From: Ascoidea asiatica JCM 7603 | Lineage: Eukaryota; Fungi; Ascomycota | Direction: 5' to 3' | DNA: 7,141 nt | Assembly (NCBI GenBank): GCA_001600695.1 | Contig: BCKQ01000002.1 | Span: 2,494,318-2,501,458, forward strand | Shown here: positions 1-7,141 of the stretch, in pieces | Layout of the letters: every line of letters begins with the position of its first letter | Position numbering within the stretch: the first letter of the stretch is position 1 | The notes under the pieces: generated by a model | Database searches by the model: none | What the model was told of the DNA's origin: nothing | Seen by the model: only the letters and a program-made list of their open reading frames with translations | Made by a program: the position numbers and the translations under genes

Positions 1-96
1 TAAATTTGTAAATTTAGTATGTGAAAGTTCACTTCCCATACTTAAGAAAAGAAAAAAAATAAAGTATTGTTCTAAAAGACACTACGTCATTCCAAG

Positions 97-320
97 AACA
101 AACACGAAGATTACAGTACACTCGAGGTGCACACAGAACTTCGAAGAAAGAATAAATAATGCAGACCCAGAACGCTCTAGTACATTTAACATGCACACGC
201 AAGATCTGCGAGCGCAATAGAATGTAGTCGTAGAACAATCTATGCAATCTTAGAAAGTCTAAGAATAGCCTACAATATTCGAAGACAATTCGAATAAAAG
301 AATAAAATAATTAACAATCA
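97..320. mobile_element. Left copy of LTR-like dispersed repeat (inverted relative to 6918..7141); probably extends further left
   Basis: Exact reverse complement of 6918..7141 (224/224 by manual comparison). Homology stops abruptly after ...TTAACAATCA at 320, a CA end typical of integrase-processed LTR termini. The left limit of 97 only reflects where the partner copy is cut by the window. The repeat is certain; LTR identity is inferred. Confidence 0.7.
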
Positions 321-710
321 AGGTAAAAGCTACCGGATTTTAGTCACATGATAAACAACAAGACCTGTTCCATAAATAATTTGAAACACAAGGCCTTTTT
401 TTCTCTCAATGGCATATAATGTGCAGCCAAGCTTTAAGTAGTGTTTCTAGATGTGTGTGCACAAACATTGTTTTTCTACCGAAAACTTTATTCTGCTTCT
501 TGTCCCATTTTGCAATTCACAAAATGGCTTTTGTTTTAAAATGGGTTTGAAATTTGTGATTATTGTGAAAAAAAATATATATTTCATAAGTATCTAAATA
601 AATAATAAAAATCTATCACTTTTTTTGTAATTTAGTGTTGTTCTATAGAGTTTTCTATAAAATTACTATAAATTGATTAATAATCTGCTTCTTCAGTTTT
701 ATTATAAATG

Positions 711-3091
711 CTATACGGAATTTATCAATTCCATTTTTTTACTTTTCAGTAAATCTTCTTTGGAAATTTTCTTTATAATTTTATCTACTTTATCATATTC
801 ATTTAAATTATCCAAATCATTTTGCTTTTTTTCATCTTTATTTATTATCTCTTCAATTTTATGTACATTACTTGTGTTTTCAATACAAGCATTATTTGAT
901 TTATTTAAAATATTTGAAAAATTACTTACTGTTGGAGACATCATAGATGAAAATCCAATAGATGATAATGAAGTACTTGAATTGGAATATGTATGAAATG
1001 CATTGAAATGATCATGTTTTTTAATTCTTCCTAAAAAAATTGAGTCATTTACTTCTTCTTCATTATTAACATAATTTTCATTATTTTTTTTATCATAAAA
1101 AAATGAACTTGAATTTGAATCTGCAATTGAACTTCCATTAATTGAATGATTCATATCATTACTAGTTAAACTTGATCTTCTACTTCTGTATCCATTTAAA
1201 TATAAATCCATACCATCATTACTAATAAGATTATTATTACTATTATTATTATTATTGTGATTAATTATACTATTTATATTAATATTATTATTATATAATA
1301 ATGGAATAGGTTTTTTATTATTGATATCTTTTATAGATTTCAATTTACCAACAGGTAATGATTTTATTATATCTTCTGGTATCATTGAATATTTCACATT
1401 ACTTTTTGGAACACTATATGAATTTGATCTTTTATTCAAAAAATTATTAACATTACTAGTATAACTCTCATTGGAACTAATAATATCCTTTGAAAGACTT
1501 AAACTATAACTTCTATTATGAAAATGATAATCTCTATCCAATTCTTTAAAATCAGTTCTTTTTTCTTGAGGTTCAAAATTTAAAATTGACAGATCTCCTG
1601 TAGTACTTTCAATATCATTATCAATATAATGATCATTATCCATTTCATTATGTTGTTTATGACTTGATTTACTCGATTTACTTGAACTACTATCAAAATC
1701 TTTACAAATATTTTCATTATTTGAATCCTCATTATTTGCTTCTTCAATAATATTTTCCATTTCATTATGAAGCTTTTCATTATGAACTATGCTATTATAA
1801 ACTTGATTATTATTATGATTTATATTATTAATTGTATCACTAAATTCTTCATTACTACTTATTTCATTAGTTTTTTTATTATTATACATTTCATTAAAAT
1901 ATTTTCTTAATGGAACATAATCAATATATTTATTTTTAGAATTATCTTCAGTAAATTCATAAAATTTTTTATCATAATATTCATCTTTTTCAATAATATT
2001 ATCATTACAACACATTTCAATATTTTTAAACCAATTCATTTTAAATAAATCATCTAAAGTCATTCTTTTTGATTCATCAGGTTGAACTAAACTTATTAAA
2101 AGTTTTTTAATATCTTTATTACCAACTTTATTAAAAAATTTATAATCTCTATAATAACCTTTATGATTTGGATCAATAATATAAAGATATTTTTTATAAT
2201 CTAAATCTTTTAAACTTGGTTGTTTAAAAGGAGTTTGAGAGTTTAAAATTGCAAAAAAAATCATACCTAAAGCCCAACAATCCATTTTAAAACCATTATA
2301 ACCATTAAAACCATTAAATTCAATTTTATTTTTATTATTTTTAAATTTTGTATTATTAAATTCTTTACAATATAAAACTTCTGGTGGATAATAAGGAGAA
2401 GAACCAACAATATTAAAGAATTTTTTAATTGGAGAATTAAAATCTCCAATAATTTCATGACCAAAATCACTTACACCAAAATCTGAAATTTTACAAATAC
2501 CAAATTTATCAATTAAAATATTTTCAGGTTTTAAATCTCTATGAACAATATCTAAATTATGTATAAATTTTAAACCTAAAGAGATTTGTTTAAATAAACA
2601 ATATTTAATTTGAAATTTAAAATTTTTAAAATTTGGTTTTGTAATCATTGTAAATAAATCACCTTTTTCAACAAATTCTAAAATAAAAGCCCAACTTCTA
2701 TTAAATTCTGAATTTGATTGAATTTTTAATAATTCATAAGTTATAATAATATGTTTATTTTTTGAAGCTAATTTTGAAATAATAAATTCTTTTGAAGATC
2801 TTTTATAAAAATTATTAAAATTTTCATTTTTAAATAAATTAAATTTTTTTAAAGCAAAAATTTTTTTATTATAATTTTTATATTGAAAAGAATTTAATTT
2901 TGAATTAACAATTTTAACAATTGAACTTGCACCATAACCTAAAGATTTTGAATTTAAAATATTATTATTTGGAAAAATATAATTATCATTAAAATTAGTT
3001 GATAAATTTTTATTTAAAGTTAAATCTTTTGAAATTAATGAATTACAATCAGGTAAAAATTCAATTGGATCAATTAAAGGTAATGGTAATA

Positions 3092-3127
<36 letters not shown>

Positions 3128-3650
3128 CATTATTAATATTATTATCTAAATAGAATTCTTTATTTAAAGTTGAGATTGGCAGGATTTGATTTAAATTATT
3201 ATTTGAAGAATAAATTGAAAGAGATGGTAAAGATTTTGATTTTATTTTTTTTAAATTTGAAGTATATGAATCAATTGAAGGTAAACCAATTTTAGTTTCA
3301 ATTTCATCAGTTGGATTTTTTGGAAGTTTATTTATTTTATTAATTTTATTTATTTTATTAATTTTATTATCATAATTTATCTTTTTTATAGTTTGAATAT
3401 CTTTATTAATTGAATGATGATTTTTATCTAAAGAATAAGATCTTTTTAAGTAATTATCTTTATTATTATCTTTATTATATTTATTATCTTTATTATCATT
3501 TTTATCTATGTTATTGAAATTACTTGAATGATTAATATCATTTAATTTTGATTTCAATTTCAATTTTAATTTTAGTTTTGGTTTTAAATTTGAATTTGAA
3601 TTTGAATTTGAATTAATATTTGATTTTTCATTCTTTAAAAAGAATACCAT
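711..3650 (-). CDS. PTK2: Ser/Thr protein kinase, fungal Npr1/Hal5 group, Ptk1/Ptk2-like, with long Asn/Ser-rich N- and C-terminal extensions
   Basis: Uninterrupted 979-aa ORF from ATG at 3650 to TAG at 711-713. The kinase domain (about 2028..2950) has all catalytic motifs: Gly loop LGYGASSIV, FALKK, alphaC SSKEF, HRDLKPEN (2520..2543), DFG, GSSPYYPPE and DCWALG. The segments FYKRSSKEFIISK, RSWAFILE, KYCLFKQI and DFGVSDFGH...SPIK resemble yeast Ptk1/Ptk2 as I recall them. The symbol is a family-level call; orthology is not tested. Confidence 0.93.
3093..3125. repeat. (ATT)11 coding microsatellite encoding poly-Asn in the kinase N-terminal extension
   Basis: Eleven perfect ATT units, matching N11 in the translation. 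Confidence 0.95.
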
Positions 3651-3676
3651 ATTAATTAATTACAAGTATTATAAGA

Positions 3677-3735
3677 TTATTTATTTAATTATTTAATTAT
3701 TTAATTATTTAATTATTTATTTATTTATTTATTTA
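3677..3735. repeat. Compound (TTATTTAA)4 + (TTAT)n repeat immediately upstream of the kinase ATG
   Basis: Directly visible tandem units. Confidence 0.9.
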
Positions 3736-3803
3736 GTTCATTGATTGAGATTGAAAAATAGAAAAGAATTAGAAGAATAAAGAGGAATATAAGTAATATA
3801 TAG

Positions 3804-3830
3804 TTGATATGATTGATATGATTGATATGA
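3804..3830. repeat. (TTGATATGA)3 tandem repeat
   Basis: Three perfect 9-bp units. Confidence 0.9.
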
Positions 3831-3878
3831 TTATTAATATAGTATAATTGAGTAAATAGGATAAAATAATAATAGTTG

Positions 3879-3926
3879 TGAATATGAAAATGAAAATGAA
3901 AATGAATATGAATATGAATATGAATA
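3879..3926. repeat. (TGAAWA)8 hexanucleotide repeat
   Basis: TGAATA, (TGAAAA)3, (TGAATA)4. Confidence 0.9.
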
Positions 3927-4353
3927 TAATGGATAGATAATAGAGATATTGGAGATGTAATGGAATAATGAATAGAATATAGTTTTTTTACTGTACTTTA
4001 CATTTTTTATAAATGTAATAATAAAATGAAATTAATTGAATTGAATTGAATTGAGTAATGAAATAAGAATGAATATCAAACAGTTTATCCCTTTAAATGT
4101 ATCTTTAATAATATAATATAATATATATATATATTTAATAATAATATATTTATTAATATAATAATAAGAATTTAAATTTCGGAAAAACTAGAAAAGTTAT
4201 GATCATTAATAAGTTTTTAGAAATGGCTGAGATTAAAAATTTAATGACTTAATTACATAATTATTTAAAGAATTTGAGTTCTAATGAGGAATCTCGGCCT
4301 AAATATAAATGGGAAACATAAATGGAAAATATGAAAATAAATATACTTTTTTC

Positions 4354-4386
4354 AATGATTATTTAATGATTATTTAATGATTATTT
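4354..4386. repeat. (AATGATTATTT)3 tandem repeat
   Basis: Three perfect 11-bp units. Confidence 0.9.
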
Positions 4387-4699
4387 ATTTATTTGAATTA
4401 AAAATTGTTCATATTACCATAATATTATTTTCATATTAGTAATTATAGATTGACATTGGTAAGTTTCGTAATGGGACCACAGAATATATTAGATTTAACT
4501 AGAATTTAGCATATTCTTTTATATTCTTTTATCTTCTTCGATTCATCTGCTACCATCTTTTATCTTTTATTGTAAGTTGATTATCTTTTATTCTTTAATG
4601 TTTACTCTTTATTCTTTACTCTTTATTCTTTATTCTTTATTATCTGAGATATTTTTGATAGATTATCAGTTTTACATCTGATTGATTTAGATTCTTTTA

Positions 4700-4720
4700 T
4701 TGTTGTTGTTGTTGTTGTTG
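4700..4720. repeat. (TTG)7 microsatellite
   Basis: Seven perfect units, (CAA)7 on the kinase sense strand. Confidence 0.9.
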
Positions 4721-4744
4721 TTTTTGGTCTTTGTTTGGGTTTTG

Positions 4745-5240
4745 TGCTCAGGTGCTGCAGTTTCGTCAATGGCACGCTAACAGAATAAAGACAAAGATCA
4801 ACACAGGCACGTGCCGGGATCACCAGACCTCAATTTAGGGGTTGTAAAGTAGTCGCACTTTCAAACGCACTTTAGCACGAGAAATACTAAGTGAAGTCAC
4901 ATCATTTCTATTTGCAGACACAACATCTCTATTTGCAGATATTATTTCTTATTTAGGAAGTCATTTCGTCACGTTTTTGAAAAATGAACTTTTGAAAAAG
5001 CTCAGCGGAAATCACCCAAAATCCGGAAAATAACCGCATTTGAATCCGACAAAGGATTTAAAATCGGGCCCGAAGGTTTTAAGAGTGACCAGAAAGTATT
5101 AACATGGGATACCAGGTATCCTCTATAAATGGAACATATATTTTAAGTGATATGTTTAAAAATCGTCCACTCATTTACCGGAAATGACAAACCGGTTACT
5201 TAACTCGTGAAGTTTTTTGAAACACGGAGGTCTGTTCTCA
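4745..5240. promoter_or_regulatory. Candidate upstream regulatory region of the kinase gene
   Basis: GC-richer non-coding block containing an E-box palindrome GGCACGTGCC (4806..4815), CACGTT (4970..4975), several CGG/CCG triplets and other palindromes. Function is inferred from position and motif type only. Confidence 0.35.
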
Positions 5241-5329
5241 AAGCAATTTATATTTCAAAACTCAAACAATTAGAAAAACTTTCTTTTAGAAAATAAATAA
5301 CTAAAAATATATATAAAAGAAATACAGTA

Positions 5330-6917
5330 CTAACAGATTGCTAATGTATTATCAAACTCCTCAATATCGAGTACATCAATATTAAATTCCTAAGATTATT
5401 GGTCAAAGTCGTTTCCCAGTGGCGGTAAAGGAGAAGGTTTCTAGAGAGACCAGCACTTGTAGACGTAGGTCACACAACAATTGGAGAGGGTATGATACTA
5501 AGTTTCTTTTTATCATCACAAAAGGATTGATTAGAAAGCCCAAAAGACTCCCCTGGGATATTTGCTTTGACAGTTAAATGAACAAAAACGATTATCCAGA
5601 TCATCATGCAAAGAATCATAACATTTTCTAAAGGGACTTTAATCCTCAATTGGAAAAACAATTACAGTAGAAGTTCCCACTTTAGAAGGACCCATAAACG
5701 AAGAGGTTAATGTAAGGCCAATATCAAACCAAGATTTATCGATAACTTTATATCCTATAGAAAAGATTTTAGTATCTGTGGTATGAGTTTTAAACTGTTT
5801 TTTAGTTACATCTTGTTATAATCTTTTGCTAAAGATCTAAATGTTTTTCAATTTTACTATTTATTAAATTGTCTATTGAAACATCTATATTATAATCACA
5901 GTTGGACTGAAATTTATTTCAACTAATCAATGACAAATAGAAAAAGCAATTTTAATTACTACGCTTTCAGTAGCTGAGTTGGGTAATATAGATCCACATA
6001 CTGTTAAATAACAAATTGTGGTTATAGCGTGAAACACTGCTGCTCTTATTGAAGTTGAGTGCGCACCATTATTTAAATGATCACCATTTTTAGATATCTT
6101 ACTTGTAATCATAGACATATTTGATATTAATTCAGATAACCAATCAGAATCTTCGGAATCTTCGAAATCTTCACTAACGGCGGTAAGCAAAAAAGTTATA
6201 GAAGAATTTAATTTTGTATAGCAGTTAAGGTCATTAAACAGCTTGGATCAATAAAGCAAATTATAGTTTGATCAGAAAAATCAGCTGAATAAAAATGAAT
6301 TTCAGATGAATCAATTTTTTTTGGCTTATTTTCGTTTTCAAGTTCGATTTTTTCTTAATTTCTTTCATATCAGATTTGGATTGAGTTGTTTGCACAATAC
6401 TATATGATTGTAATAGTGATGTTGATTTAGTTGAATTGATTACTTATTTGAACGATAGGTAAGAAGTATATTATAAACAATGTTTAAGTTTTTTTAGCTT
6501 GAATGAAAGAAATCATGAAAAAGTAATTGGCTAAGACGTTTTTAACAATTGAACCAAGTTAATAAACATATATATAATTAATAAAAGAAGAAACCATTAC
6601 ATGAACTAATGATCCTTTTGAAGCTTGGAATAAAAAGCATAACAGTAGACATTATTGGATTTTAATCCCTTTAAAGAAGTATAAACAGGTTCCTATTGTT
6701 TGAAATTCTAGTAGTATAATTAAAAACACATATTTGAAGGGTAAAAAAGGGGTGAGACATGTAATATAACCGAAGGCAGAAGAAAAGAAAAGGGTAATAA
6801 ATAAAAGTGCCGGTCAAATTACTGTTCAAACATTTTGGGATTCATTTGTAAGAGGTGGGCCTCTTTTATTGTTTAAAGGCCCACAATTATTTGTGGGAAA
6901 ATGGATTTTTGGAGAGG
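5330..6917 (-). pseudogene. Probable decayed protein-coding gene of unknown family (hydrophobic N-terminal part, soluble C-terminal part)
   Basis: Manual minus-strand translation gives protein-like blocks joined by stops and frameshifts: PALLFITLFFSSAFGYITCLTPFLPFKYVFLIILLEFQTIGTCLYFF (about 6673..6813), SKLFNDLNCYTKLNSSITFLLTAVSEDFEDSEDSDWLSELISNM...IRAAVFHAITTICYL...SICH (5930..6247), QDVTKKQFKTHTTDTKIFSIGYKVIDKSWFDIGLTLTSSFMGPSKVGTSTVIVFPIED (about 5642..5815), and EFNIDVLDIEEFDNTLAIC* ending at 5330. Sequence complexity is higher than the flanking intergenic DNA. A TATATATA element (5308..5315) lies just past the putative stop. I recognise no homolog. Confidence 0.5.
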
Positions 6918-7141
6918 TGATTGTTAATTATTTTATTCTTTTATTCGAATTGTCTTCGAATATTGTAGGCTATTCTTAGACTTTCTAAGATTGCATAGAT
7001 TGTTCTACGACTACATTCTATTGCGCTCGCAGATCTTGCGTGTGCATGTTAAATGTACTAGAGCGTTCTGGGTCTGCATTATTTATTCTTTCTTCGAAGT
7101 TCTGTGTGCACCTCGAGTGTACTGTAATCTTCGTGTTTGTT
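6918..7141. mobile_element. Right copy of LTR-like dispersed repeat, truncated by the window end
   Basis: Begins TGATTGTTAA at 6918 and is the exact reverse complement of 97..320. It directly abuts the degenerate reading frame to its left. Confidence 0.7.

Noticed and set aside
29-247. 72-aa minus-strand ORF
   Set aside because: Lies mostly inside the repeat and has no recognisable motif; likely incidental.
343-490. Point-centromere-like pair: GTCACATG (CDEI consensus, 343..350) and TGTTTTTCTACCGAAAA (about 469..485)
   Set aside because: The spacer of about 118 bp is not extremely AT-rich as CDEII should be, and the TGT-to-CCG spacing does not fit the CDEIII consensus.
673-996. 107-aa plus-strand ORF (also 1580..1780 and 2267..2470 on the minus strand)
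   Set aside because: Antisense or alternate-frame shadows of the kinase CDS.
747-3182. Only three in-frame CTG codons in the kinase (747..749, 1590..1592, 3180..3182), all outside the catalytic domain, as a hint of CUG reassignment
   Set aside because: Rarity is expected from the extreme AT bias, and non-conserved positions say nothing about the code.
4623-4823. 66-aa minus-strand ORF with poly-Thr
   Set aside because: Non-ATG start and composition driven by the (CAA)7 microsatellite.
5328-5336. TACTAACAG branch-point/acceptor-like motif on the plus strand
   Set aside because: No nearby canonical donor or convincing downstream exon. It overlaps the putative stop of the minus-strand relic.
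6911-6917. GGAGAGG as a polypurine tract before a 3' LTR
   Set aside because: Short, with no RT, RNase H or integrase motifs upstream on the plus strand. It is equally explained as target DNA within the gene relic.
321-6917. Flip-flop mating-type locus or inverted-repeat centromere
   Set aside because: No HMG, alpha-box or homeodomain ORF is visible, and the interior carries an intact kinase gene instead of a non-coding core.

Overview
Very AT-rich, intron-free eukaryotic DNA that looks like a budding-yeast (Saccharomycotina) locus; the taxon is inferred from gene family and composition only. It contains one intact gene, a 979-aa Asn-rich Ser/Thr protein kinase of the fungal Npr1/Hal5 group, closest to Ptk1/Ptk2 (711..3650, minus strand). 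Upstream are about 1.1 kb of microsatellite-rich DNA, a GC-richer palindrome-dense block (about 4745..5240), and a probable decayed minus-strand gene of unknown family (about 5330..6917). The main structural feature is a pair of inverted repeats, 97..320 and 6918..7141, identical at 224/224 positions by manual comparison. They have sharp inner TG/CA boundaries and bracket the whole 6.6-kb interior. They are most simply two young copies of an LTR-like mobile repeat in opposite orientation, which makes the kinase segment potentially invertible. No recombinase or transposase is visible.
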